Source: an uncultured Actinomycetes bacterium
GTDB taxonomy: Bacteria > Actinomycetota > Thermoleophilia > RBG-16-64-13
Direction: 5' to 3'
Length of the DNA: 64,000 nucleotides
NCBI GenBank assembly: GCA_963706025.1
Contig: CAVPLM010000003.1
Coordinates: 416,001-480,000 of the forward strand
Under the pieces are notes generated by a model. It was not told the origin of the DNA, did no database searches, and saw only the letters and a program-made list of their open reading frames with translations. A program made the translations under genes and the position numbers. Below are positions 48,185 through 57,817 of the stretch, piece by piece; the first letter of the stretch is position 1; each line of letters opens with the position of its first letter.

Positions 48185-49172
48185 GTGGACCTCTCTGACA
48201 GACCTCCGTTGCCCTTGAGCGAAAGACCGCAGGGCCCGTCGTCCGGGGCCCCTCTTTTTGGGGGTCCGCTTCCCGGCGGCCGGCCGATGGGGCCGCCTCC
48301 CGAAGGCTTCCAGATACCGGAAGCGGACGTGTCCCACGTCCGCCGCAAGTGGCTGGACATTCCCTACGCGGGCCTCTCCCCGGCGCAGGCAGCTCGACCT
48401 CTATCTGCCCGAAGACCGGCGACGGGCCGTTCCCGGTCATCCTCCATATCCACGGGGGAGCCTTCGCCATCGGCGACAAGCGGGACATACACGTCGGCGT
48501 GTGGCTGCGCGGACTCGAGCGCGGCTATGCCGTGGCGGGCCTCGAACTATCGCCTGAGTGGAGAGGCGGTGTTTCCGGCCGGGCTGCAAGACGTCAAGGC
48601 TGCCATCCGCTGGCTGAGGGCGCATGCCGGGGACTACGGCCTAGACGCGGGTCGGATCGCCGCATGTGGGGGCTCATCGGGCGCCAACTACGCGGCGATG
48701 ATGGGCGTGACCGCCGACGCCGACATCTTCGACGACCCGAGACTCGGCAACGCGGAGTGCTCCTCCGAGGTCAACGCCGTGGTCGATTGGTTCGGGCCCA
48801 CCGACTTCCTCAAGATGGACGAACAGCTTGCCGAAAACGGCCTGGGCCCGAGTGATCACAGCCAGGCCGACTCTCCCGAATCGAGATACCTGGGCGCGCG
48901 GGTCACGGAGGTACCCGGAGAAGGTCCGGCTCGCCAGTCCAATGACGTACGTTCACGAGGGCATGGCCCCCATCCTCATCCAGCACGGGAGCGCGGACTG
49001 CCTGGTACCGGTGCAGCAGTCCCTCGAGTTCGCCCGCGTGATCGAAGAACGGGTCGGGCGCGACCGCTTCGAATTGGACATCTTCGAGGGCGCCGGCCAT
49101 GACGACCCGGTATTCGAGACGCCGAAGAACCTGACCAGGGTGTTCGATTTTATCGACCGGCATCTGAAGTAG
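48185..49172 (+). CDS. Alpha/beta hydrolase (HSL-like esterase), three indels
   Basis: LDLYLP, HIHGGAF, NYRLS, GGSSGA nucleophile elbow, HGSADCLVP, GAGH distributed over frames. Confidence 0.82.
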
Positions 49173-49434
49173 CGTCATCGCGAGGTGGCCGACGGGGAGG
49201 CTCTTTGCGGTAGCGTAAGCGAGTCTCGCAGTCGAGCCACGATGCTCGCGAACGCCATGGCGGGCGTGACCAACCCGTGTGGGGGCTTGGGCGTGGGTCG
49301 CGCGCGAAGCCTGCCCCATCTTCCCTTCATCCGCCCCCATCGCAGTAGACCTGCCCCTTCCTGAAAGTGAGACGTCATTCTTCTCAGAATGCAATCCAGT
49401 GATTTAAGAAGCGGGGCAAGCTGAGGGGATGGTA

Positions 49435-49464
49435 TTGACCACTTTGCGTAAGCAGCGTTACAAT
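49435..49464 (+). promoter_or_regulatory. Sigma70-type promoter of hydantoinase cluster
   Basis: TTGACC-18-TACAAT. Confidence 0.6.
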
Positions 49465-49518
49465 CAGTGGGATGTCAGTCACTTGCCAGCGGCCAACACT
49501 CACTTGATCGGGGGAAGG

Positions 49519-51643
49519 ATGAGGTATAGGGTCGGCGCAGATGTCGGCGGCACCTTCACTGACCTTGTAGCCATGGATGAAGAGGGCAGGGTCACTGTGG
49601 CCAAGGCCCCCACGACCCCGGAAGATCAATCTATAGGCGTTCACGACGCGATCAAGAAAGCCGGCATCGACCTGGGCGAGGTCGGCTTCTTCTCTCACGG
49701 CACCACGGTCGGGGTCAACGCGGTCATAGAGAACAAGGGCGCAAGGGTGGCCGTAGTCACGACCAAAGGCTTTCGGGACATCCTGGAGCTGCGGCGTGGC
49801 CAGAGAGTCATCGAGAACCCCGATGATATGTACAACTTGCAGATGGATCTGCCCCAGGACTACGTAGGAGGCTACGATCCGCTCGTCAAGCGGCCGCTGA
49901 GGTTCGAAGTCCCCGAAAGGCTCGATTTCCGCGGGAACGTCTTGACGCCCCTGGATGAAGAAGCGGTGAGACGGATAGCGAAGGAGATGCTGGGCCAGAG
50001 CGTAGAGGCGGTCGTCGTTTGTTACCTCTTCTCGTTCATGAACCCTTCGCACGAGCAGCGCACGGCGGAGATCATCCGCGAGATGCTGCCTGGAGTGGAT
50101 CTTTCGGTCTCCAGCGAGATCCTGCCTATCATCCGCGAATACGAGCGGCTGAGCACGGCCACTGTGAACGCCTACGTCATGCCCATCATGCGGTCGTACT
50201 TGGGGAAACTGCGCGACACGCTCAAGGCCGGCGGCTTCCAGAAGGACTTCTACCTGATGCAGTCGAGCGGCGGCATCATGTCCGCGGAGGTCGCCGCCCA
50301 CCGACCTGTCTACACTATCGATTCGGGTCCGGCGGGAGGCGTCACCGCCGCCGCCCAGCTGGGGATGTCGCTCGGATACCCCGACGTGATCTCTTTCGAC
50401 ATGGGGGGCACGACGGCCAAAGTCTGTGTCGTCCGCGACGGCACGCCTGAGGTGACCACACGGTTTTGGGTCGGGGGCAGATACTTCATCGGGGCGCCGG
50501 TCATGGACATGGTGGAGATCGGCGCTGGGGGCGGGAGTATCGCCTCGATCGACAAGGGCGGCGGGGTCCATGTGGGGCCGAGGAGCGCCGGCTCGGTCCC
50601 GGGACCGGTCTGCTATGCCAAGGGTGGCATGGAGCCGACGGTGACCGACGCGGACCTGGTCCTCGGCTATATCAACGCCGACTACTACCTTGGCGGCGAC
50701 ATGACCGTGGACGTCGAAGCTGCGAGGGCGGCCATCAAGGAGAAGATCGCCGACAAGCTTCGCATGAGCACGGCCGAGGCGGCACACGGCATATACCGGC
50801 TGGTGAACGCCAACATGATCGGGGCGACCAGGGTCACCACCATCCAGAGGGGTCACGACCCTCGGGACTTCAGCCTGGTGGTCTCCGGCGGGACGGCCGC
50901 CATCCATGCGATCCGCATGGCCCAGGAGCTGCGCATCCCGCGCGTGATAGTGCCTCTCAACGCAGGCGTGTTCTCCGCCGTGGGCCTGATCACCGCCGAC
51001 GCCCGGTATGACGTCCACCGCTCGTACGTCGCGCGGGGCTCCCAGGCTGATCCCGAGCGCATGCAGACCATCTTCGAGGAGATCTCTCAGGAGGCCGTCT
51101 CGAAGATCGAGGAGCTGGGGTTCACTCCGGAGCAGATCGTCGATGCGCTATGAGATCGACATGCGCTACCTGGGGCAGGCGCACGAGGTACCGGTCGAGA
51201 TCCCGAGTGAACTGGTGCGGGGGATGACCGGAGAGACCCTCAAGGAGCTCATTGACCTGTTCCATGAGAAGCATCTCCACCTGTTCGGGCACGCGTCACG
51301 GGATTCGGAGATCGAGTTCATGACTTTGACGGTAGCGGCCATCGGTCCCATGGACCGGGGGGAATTGTTGGAGATAGAGGCGGGCACGGCCGATGCGAGC
51401 TCCGCCTTCAAAGGCACGAGGAAGGTGTATTTCGAAGAAGCCGAGGGTTACATCGACTGCAACACATATGAGCGCTCAGGGCTGAAGGCGAACAACCTCA
51501 TCACCGGTCCCGCGATCATCGAGCAGATGGATACCACCACGGTCATACCCCCGGGAGAAACGGCTGAGGTCGACAAATACGGGACCTTGATAGTGGAGCT
51601 GGCCACGAAGGCAGAGACCAACGACGCGCCCGCGGAGGTATGA
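49519..51643 (+). CDS. hyuA: Hydantoinase/oxoprolinase subunit A (ATP-binding; indel near 51143)
   Basis: DVGGTFTD, HGTT, REYER, SGPAGG, DMGGTT, GAGGGSIA, PTVTDA, DMRYLGQ, GPAIIEQ. Confidence 0.92.
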
Positions 51644-53496
51644 AAGTGGCCGGAAAGACGGCAAATCAAGACGCCTTCACCCTCGGGGTCCTGCGCAGCC
51701 TGATGGAGTCGATCCCGTTGGAGATGGCCGAGGTGCTCAAACGTACCTCGTATCACCCCATTTTCAACGAGGTCCTCGATTTCTCCACGGCCCTGCTTGA
51801 TAGCGAGGGGCGTCTCATCGCCTCCTCGATGGGGGTGGCGGTTCACCTGGGGGCGCTCGAGCTCAGCGCCAAGGCGATCGTCGGCCACTTCGGCAAGGAG
51901 AACCTGAAGAAGGGCGACGTGCTAATCCACAACAACCCCTTCCCCGGCGGCACGCACCTGCCGGACGTGGACGTGATAACGCCCGTCTATCACAGGGGCG
52001 AGTTGGTCGCCTACTCCGTGTCCCGAGGGCACCACGGCGACATCGGGGGCATGCATCCCGGCAGCTTCGCCGGGGACACCGTGAGCATCTTTCAGGAGGG
52101 GGTGCGCATACCGCCGATCAAGCTGTACGACCAGGGTGTCCTCAACGAGGGGGTGAAAGACCTCTTCCTGGCCAACGTCCGGGTGCCTCAGTTCTCGTGG
52201 GGCGATCTTCAAGCGCAGGTGGCCGGCTGCCGTCTGGGCGAGAGGCGCATCGAGGAGCTGTTCGAGAAACACGGCGCAGACTCCATGAGGGCGGCCATGG
52301 AGTGGGCCATGGACTACTCCGAGCAGCTGATGCGCGCCGAAATCGAGAGGATGCCCGACGGCACCTACACCTTCGAGGACTTCCTGGACAACGACGGCAT
52401 CGACAAGGATCGGCCGGTCAAGATCCACGTGCGGGTCACCATTGAAGGCAGCGACATCACCATGGATTTCAGCGGCTCCGACGCTCAGGTGAAGGGACCT
52501 GCCAACTGCGTCCTCGGGGTCGTGTACTCGGCCACCTACTGCGCCATGTTCAACTTGACCGATCCCGCTATCCCCAAGAACCACGGCTGCTACCGTCCTA
52601 TCACCATCATCGCCCCTGAGGGCCGGGTAGTGAACGCCAGATTCCCGGCGCCGGTGGTGAGCGGCAACACCGAGACCTCGTTGCGGATAATCGACACCAT
52701 CAGCGGGGCTCTGGCCCGGGTCATCCCCGAGAGAGTGATCGGGGCGGATTCGGGCACGGCGACGGCTCACATCGCCGGCGGCTTCGATCCGAGAACGGGC
52801 GATTACTACGCCTGGTATCTGGGCTCCGATCCTACCGCCTGGGGCGCGCGGGCGACCAAGGACGGCTTCGAGCTGGCCGGGGGGCCGCGCATCGGCGGTA
52901 GCGTCTCGCAGGTGGCCATGGAGGTGTTCGAGACCAGGTATCCCTTCTTGGTGGAGGAGTACTCCTTCTATCCCGATTCGGGCGGACCGGGCAGGTTCCG
53001 GGGCGGCATGTCGGGGGTGACCATCATGCGGCCGGTGGATCACGAGTGTGAGGTAGGCGGGTGTAACGATCGCTGCGTCATCCCGCCGTACGGCATCTTC
53101 GGCGGCATGCCGGGGCTGCACGGTGAGAACAAGATCATCCACGTTGATGGCAGTGAGACCCCCATCGACAGGGCCGGCGGCGAGATCGCTCGGGACGGCG
53201 ACATCCTGTACTTCAGGGCTCCGGGAGGGGGCGGTTACGGCGATCCTCTCGACCGTGATCTCGACTACCTGCAGCACGACATGGATATCGGCCTCGTGTC
53301 CAAGGAGAGCGCCTGTAGAGACTATGGTGCCGTTCTCGACGAGGCCACAGGAGCGATTGACCGCCAGGCTACTGAAGCAAACCGCGCCAAGCTCAAAGGA
53401 GAGTGGAACCGCGACCGGATCTTCATCGACCAGAAGACGAAGCCGTTCGCCCGGGAGGCATTCCGCATCGTGGAGATCGACGAGCAGATACCGTGA
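51640..53496 (+). CDS. hyuB: Hydantoinase/oxoprolinase subunit B
   Basis: DFS.AL, VHLG, NNPFPGGTHLPD, HHGDIGG..PGS, FQEG, DSGGPGRFRGG, GGGGYGDPL. Confidence 0.93.
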   Translation: MKVAGKTANQDAFTLGVLRSLMESIPLEMAEVLKRTSYHPIFNEVLDFSTALLDSEGRLIASSMGVAVHLGALELSAKAIVGHFGKENLKKGDVLIHNNPFPGGTHLPDVDVITPVYHRGELVAYSVSRGHHGDIGGMHPGSFAGDTVSIFQEGVRIPPIKLYDQGVLNEGVKDLFLANVRVPQFSWGDLQAQVAGCRLGERRIEELFEKHGADSMRAAMEWAMDYSEQLMRAEIERMPDGTYTFEDFLDNDGIDKDRPVKIHVRVTIEGSDITMDFSGSDAQVKGPANCVLGVVYSATYCAMFNLTDPAIPKNHGCYRPITIIAPEGRVVNARFPAPVVSGNTETSLRIIDTISGALARVIPERVIGADSGTATAHIAGGFDPRTGDYYAWYLGSDPTAWGARATKDGFELAGGPRIGGSVSQVAMEVFETRYPFLVEEYSFYPDSGGPGRFRGGMSGVTIMRPVDHECEVGGCNDRCVIPPYGIFGGMPGLHGENKIIHVDGSETPIDRAGGEIARDGDILYFRAPGGGGYGDPLDRDLDYLQHDMDIGLVSKESACRDYGAVLDEATGAIDRQATEANRAKLKGEWNRDRIFIDQKTKPFAREAFRIVEIDEQIP

Positions 53497-53507
53497 CGGG
53501 AGCGCAC

Positions 53508-53915
53508 ATGAAGAAGAAGACCTATCCCCTGTACTACGCCGGCCAGAAGCAGAAGTTCGCCCGCTCGGTGGTCATTGGCGACCTCGTCTTCCTCTCCGGC
53601 ATGAGTGGCCGCACCATGGAGACCGGCGACGTCTCCTCCGACGACGTCAAGGAGCAGATGATCGTTGCTCTCGACAAGGTCCGCGCCGCCCTGGAAGAAG
53701 CCGGCAGCTCGATGGACCACATCGTCAAGACCGTGATCTATCTCAAGGACGTCAAGGACTACGATCTCATGCGGGCCACGGAGTGGGAGTACTACCGGAA
53801 GTACGCCCCCGGCTTGATCGAAGAGCCTCCGGCCAGCACCTTCATGCAGCCTGCGTCGCTGGCGCGGCCGAGCATGCTGGTCGAGATCGACGTCGTTGCC
53901 TGTCTTAAAGACTGA
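53508..53915 (+). CDS. Rid (YjgF/UK114) family protein no. 1
   Basis: VFLSG, LEEAGSS..IVKTVIYL, PPAST, LVEID. Confidence 0.88.
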   Translation: MKKKTYPLYYAGQKQKFARSVVIGDLVFLSGMSGRTMETGDVSSDDVKEQMIVALDKVRAALEEAGSSMDHIVKTVIYLKDVKDYDLMRATEWEYYRKYAPGLIEEPPASTFMQPASLARPSMLVEIDVVACLKD

Positions 53916-53928
53916 AGGAGGCTTCTCA

Positions 53929-54783
53929 GTGAAACTGTACGTTCTCGACTGCGGCCAGATCTGGGTGGAGGAAGCGTTCCTCTGGCACTTCGGCACCCAG
54001 GACTGTACCGGCAAGGACTACTGCGCGTCGCCCTTTCCCATCCGCAATGTCCAGTGGTACATCGACCACCCCAAAGGCAAGATCCTCTTCGACCTGGGGT
54101 TCCAGTACGACTTCTTCAAGAAGTTCGTCGGCTTCCCCCATCGGACCGGCCCCGAAGGCACCCACGTCAAGCAGGCGCCCGACCAGAATCCCATCGCGCA
54201 GTTGGCCAAGATCGGGGTCAAGCCCGAGGACATCGACTACGTGGTCATCTCCCATCTCATGAGCGAGCACGCGGGCTACCTGCCGCATTTCGCCGGCACC
54301 AAGGCCAAGATCGTGGTGCAGGAGGACGAGCAGGAATACGCCACCCGCATCGGGGTGCCGCCCCGCCCCGGGGACGAGCCGGCGGTAGAGCAGTTCCACT
54401 CCTGGATGTACGTACGCGAACTGTTTGAAGTGCCCGGTCTCGACTACATGTACATCAAAGGGGACTACGAGTTGGTGGGCAAGGACGTGGAGATCCTTTC
54501 TCTCCCCGGCCACACCCCCGGCTTCCAGAACATGATGGTTCGCCTGCCGAAGACCGGCCCGGTGTTCCTCTCGGCCTGCGAGCACCGCGGGATGTACTAC
54601 GACATCCCTGTCAACGGCTATGCGCCGGGGATTCCGCATGCCTTCACCTGGTCGGCCGCCGGAGAGTTGCACAGCTTCAAACGGGTCCGGGACCTGGTGG
54701 AGAAAGAAGAGGGCCAGATCTTCTTCGGTCATGACCAGGAGCAGTTCCTTACCTTGAAATCCGCGCCGGAGTGCTACGAGTGA
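53929..54783 (+). CDS. AHL-lactonase-like metallo-beta-lactamase fold hydrolase with atypical metal motif
   Basis: KLYVLDCG, ILFDLG, DIDYVVISHLMSEH, PGHTPG, FGHD. Confidence 0.8.
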   Translation: MKLYVLDCGQIWVEEAFLWHFGTQDCTGKDYCASPFPIRNVQWYIDHPKGKILFDLGFQYDFFKKFVGFPHRTGPEGTHVKQAPDQNPIAQLAKIGVKPEDIDYVVISHLMSEHAGYLPHFAGTKAKIVVQEDEQEYATRIGVPPRPGDEPAVEQFHSWMYVRELFEVPGLDYMYIKGDYELVGKDVEILSLPGHTPGFQNMMVRLPKTGPVFLSACEHRGMYYDIPVNGYAPGIPHAFTWSAAGELHSFKRVRDLVEKEEGQIFFGHDQEQFLTLKSAPECYE

Positions 54784-54888
54784 GCACCAGCCGACCGTCA
54801 CGAGGGGAGGGTGATTGGGCAGTCGACATGGGAACGGGCAACGAGAAAGGAGCAGGAAGTGAGCAACGGAGGGGGAGGATCGAACGAC

Positions 54889-56337
54889 GTGAAAGATGAC
54901 ACTGGGAAAGCGGCGGACGCCGGGATCAGCCGGCGGGAGTTTCTCAAGATCGCAGGGGTTGCCGGCGCCGCTGTAGGGCTGAGTGCCGGCCTGGGCGGGC
55001 TGCTCGCCGCCTGCGGAGAAGAGGAGACCACTACAACATCCGGGGCGGTGACAACTCAGGCGACGACCGCGACCACGGCGGCGGCCAGCACGACCACAGT
55101 GAGCGTCGCGGCGGAGATGGGGCGCGAGATCAAGGTAGGCTGCGTGATGCCCAAGACAGGCCCCCTGGCGGCCTTCGGTCCGGCGGACGAATGGGCCGCC
55201 GGGTTGACGGCCGAGGTGGTAGGGGACGGGATCATCCTTGGTGACGGTAAGAAGCACCCGATCACTTTTGTGCTGAGAGACTGCCAATCCGACTCCAACA
55301 GAGCTGCCCAGATAGCGGGCGACCTCATCAACAACGACAAGGTCGACATACTCTTGGGCTCGGTGACTCCCGACGTCACGAACCCGGCTGCGGATCAGGC
55401 CGAGGCCATGGAGACACCTTTCCTTACCAGCTACGCTCCGTGGCAGGCCTTCGTGTTCGGGCGGGGGGCGGATCTGAACACCGCTTTCAAGTGGACCTTC
55501 GCCCATTCGATGGGCACGGAGCAGATGGGATACAGCATCATCGGGGCCGTAGATCAGATTCCCAACAACAAGATGGTTGCACTTATCACCATGAACAATC
55601 CCGACGGCAATGCCTGGCTGGACGAGCAATTCGGGACCCCGGTAGCCCTGCGAGAATATGGCTACGAGTTGGTCGCCACCGCCCAGTTCAACCTGGGCTC
55701 CGAAGACTTCACCAAGGAGATCGCCACTTTCAAGAAGGCGGGCGCCGACGTACTGATCGCCGCAATGCAACCGCCGGATTTCACCAATTTCTGGAAGCAA
55801 TCGATGCAGCAGGGGTTCACTCCCAAGATACCGAGTGGAGGGCTGGGTATCACGATGCCCCCGGGTGTGAGCGGCATCGGCCCGCAGGCCGTCGGCCTGA
55901 TCATCGAGCACGGGTGGACTCGGGACTATCTCTACATCGATCCTCTCACCGGGATGAATTGCCCGCAGTTGGCTGAGCGATGGGAGAAAGACACCGGCCT
56001 CCAAGAGCAATTGTCCATCGGCTTCCTGGACAAGTTCGCGTGGACCATCGACGTCCTCAAGCGCACCAAGGACCCGGACGACAAGGAGACGATCCTCGAG
56101 GCCATCAAGACTACGAAGATGGAAAGCATAACGGGTCCCATCGACTTCACCGCCCCGATCGACGCCGATCCGACCACAACGGACAGCTTCCGGCCGCATC
56201 CCAATGTCTCGAAGCCTGTGTGGACCGGTGCGCAATGGATCAAAGGGACGAAATACCCGGTCGACGCGGCGACTGTCAACAACGTATTGGCGCCGACGGT
56301 TCCGACGGTTCCGACGGTCCCGTACGTGTACTCGTGA
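54889..56337 (+). CDS. Tat-exported ABC substrate-binding lipoprotein (LivJ-like); no permease in window
   Basis: ISRREFLK twin-arginine, LAAC lipobox, Thr/Ala linker, P.TGPLA.FG, D.QSDSNRA; alternative start 54859. Confidence 0.85.
   Translation: MKDDTGKAADAGISRREFLKIAGVAGAAVGLSAGLGGLLAACGEEETTTTSGAVTTQATTATTAAASTTTVSVAAEMGREIKVGCVMPKTGPLAAFGPADEWAAGLTAEVVGDGIILGDGKKHPITFVLRDCQSDSNRAAQIAGDLINNDKVDILLGSVTPDVTNPAADQAEAMETPFLTSYAPWQAFVFGRGADLNTAFKWTFAHSMGTEQMGYSIIGAVDQIPNNKMVALITMNNPDGNAWLDEQFGTPVALREYGYELVATAQFNLGSEDFTKEIATFKKAGADVLIAAMQPPDFTNFWKQSMQQGFTPKIPSGGLGITMPPGVSGIGPQAVGLIIEHGWTRDYLYIDPLTGMNCPQLAERWEKDTGLQEQLSIGFLDKFAWTIDVLKRTKDPDDKETILEAIKTTKMESITGPIDFTAPIDADPTTTDSFRPHPNVSKPVWTGAQWIKGTKYPVDAATVNNVLAPTVPTVPTVPYVYS
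56293..56322 (+). repeat. 9-bp tandem repeat (CCGACGGTY x3) encoding PTVPTVPTV
   Basis: Seen directly at the SBP 3' end. Confidence 0.7.
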
Positions 56338-56367
56338 GTCAATCAGTAGATACCTGACCCCGTTGAA

Positions 56368-56406
56368 GGGCCGCTCCGCAGTCTAAGGACGGTTGCGGAG
56401 CGGCCC
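56368..56406 (+). terminator. 13-bp-stem hairpin after SBP gene
   Basis: GGGCCGCTCCGCA ... TGCGGAGCGGCCC. Confidence 0.6.
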
Positions 56407-56447
56407 AAGAGTTCCGAAAGCGGGACGTCGAGAGAAGGGTGGAATGC

Positions 56448-57332
56448 ATGCATCGAGTGCTTTTGCCGTTTGAGTTCGCCGAGCCCGCAACGGTGGGCGA
56501 AGTGAGTTGAGCTGGTCGACGGTCGAAAAGCCAGGGTGCTTGCCGGGGGCGTGGATCTGGTTTTGAAGATGAGGCTGCGTGAGATCCTGCCGGAGAAGGT
56601 GGTCAGCCTTCAGAAGGTGTCCGGCCTGGACTACGTACAAGGGAACGGGTCTGGGTTGAGATTCGGCCCTCTGGCGAGCCTGAGGCAGATCGAGCTGTCG
56701 TCGGTCGTGCGCGAGGGTTGGCCCCTTCTGGCCGAGGCCTTGGGCTCGATCGTCTCCGTGCAGACCAAGGTCATGGGCACGGCCGTCGGCAATCTCTGTG
56801 TGGGCACTCCTGCATCCGACGTGGCTCCCGCACTCTATGCCCTGGGGGCCAGAGTGAGAGATCACGGGAGTCGATGCCGTACGGGAGATCCCCATCGAGG
56901 AGTTCTTCGTCGACGTGGGCAAGACGGCAGTCGGCCCCCACGAGATCGTCACCGAGATCTTCATACCGAGACCACCGGCAGGGTCCAGCGGGGCCTATGT
57001 GAAGCTGTCGAAGACCTCGGAGGACATCGCCAAGGTGAACGCCGCCGTTGCGCTGACGATCGCAGACGGCGTGTTCACGGACGCGAAGATCGCTCTTGGC
57101 TCCGTGGCCCCGACCCCGATCCGAGCAATGGAGGCCGAGCAGTTGCTGCGAGGCAGGGGAATGAGCGCCGGGGCGATCGCGGAGGCGGCGGAAGCGGCTG
57201 CTGAAGCCGCCACGCCGATATCCGACGTTCGCTCGACCGCGGCGTATCGCAAGGAGATGGTCAGGGTCTTGGTCAGAGACGCGCTCGACAAGGCAGTCTC
57301 GAGGGCTGTCGGCAGGAGGGGGGAGATCATGA
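56448..57332 (+). CDS. Xanthine dehydrogenase family FAD subunit no. 2 (indels)
   Basis: PFEFAEPAT / VLAGGVDL..GTAVGNLCVGTPASD / LGSVAPTP..DVRSTAAYR. Confidence 0.85.
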
Positions 57333-57817
57333 CTAAGCAGATTGCAGCCTTCACGGTGAACGGCGGCGAATACGAGGTCATCATCGAGCCCCACATGCTC
57401 CTGATCGACGTGCTGAGGGACAAGCTGGGCCTCACGGGGACGAAGTATGCCTGCGGCGCCGGCGACTGCGGCGCCTGCACGGTCTTGATCGACGGCAAAC
57501 CCTCGTTCTCCTGTCTGACTCTGGCGGTCACCGCTGTTGGCAAGAGCATCACGACCATCGAAGGACTGGCCGACGGGGCCGAGCTGCATCCGATACAGCA
57601 GGCCTTCGTGGATAAGGGCGCGATCCAGTGCGGTTTCTGCACGCCGGGCATGATCCTCTCGACGAAGGCGCTGCTCGACGAGAACCCGGCGCCAACGCGC
57701 GACGAGATCAAGAGCGCTCTGGCCGGCAACCTTTGCCGGTGCACGGGCTACGTGAAGATCATCGACGCGGTCGAGGTCGCGGCCGGAATGATGAGAAACG
57801 GGGGTCAAGGATCATGA
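57329..57817 (+). CDS. Xanthine dehydrogenase family [2Fe-2S] subunit no. 2
   Basis: CGAGDCGAC, QCGFCTPG, NLCRCTGY; own RBS AGGAGG. Confidence 0.93.
   Translation: MTKQIAAFTVNGGEYEVIIEPHMLLIDVLRDKLGLTGTKYACGAGDCGACTVLIDGKPSFSCLTLAVTAVGKSITTIEGLADGAELHPIQQAFVDKGAIQCGFCTPGMILSTKALLDENPAPTRDEIKSALAGNLCRCTGYVKIIDAVEVAAGMMRNGGQGS

Noticed and set aside
56915-57817. FAD-[2Fe-2S] subunit fusion
   Set aside because: Junction has a G homopolymer, its own RBS and an ATGA overlap; an indel is more likely
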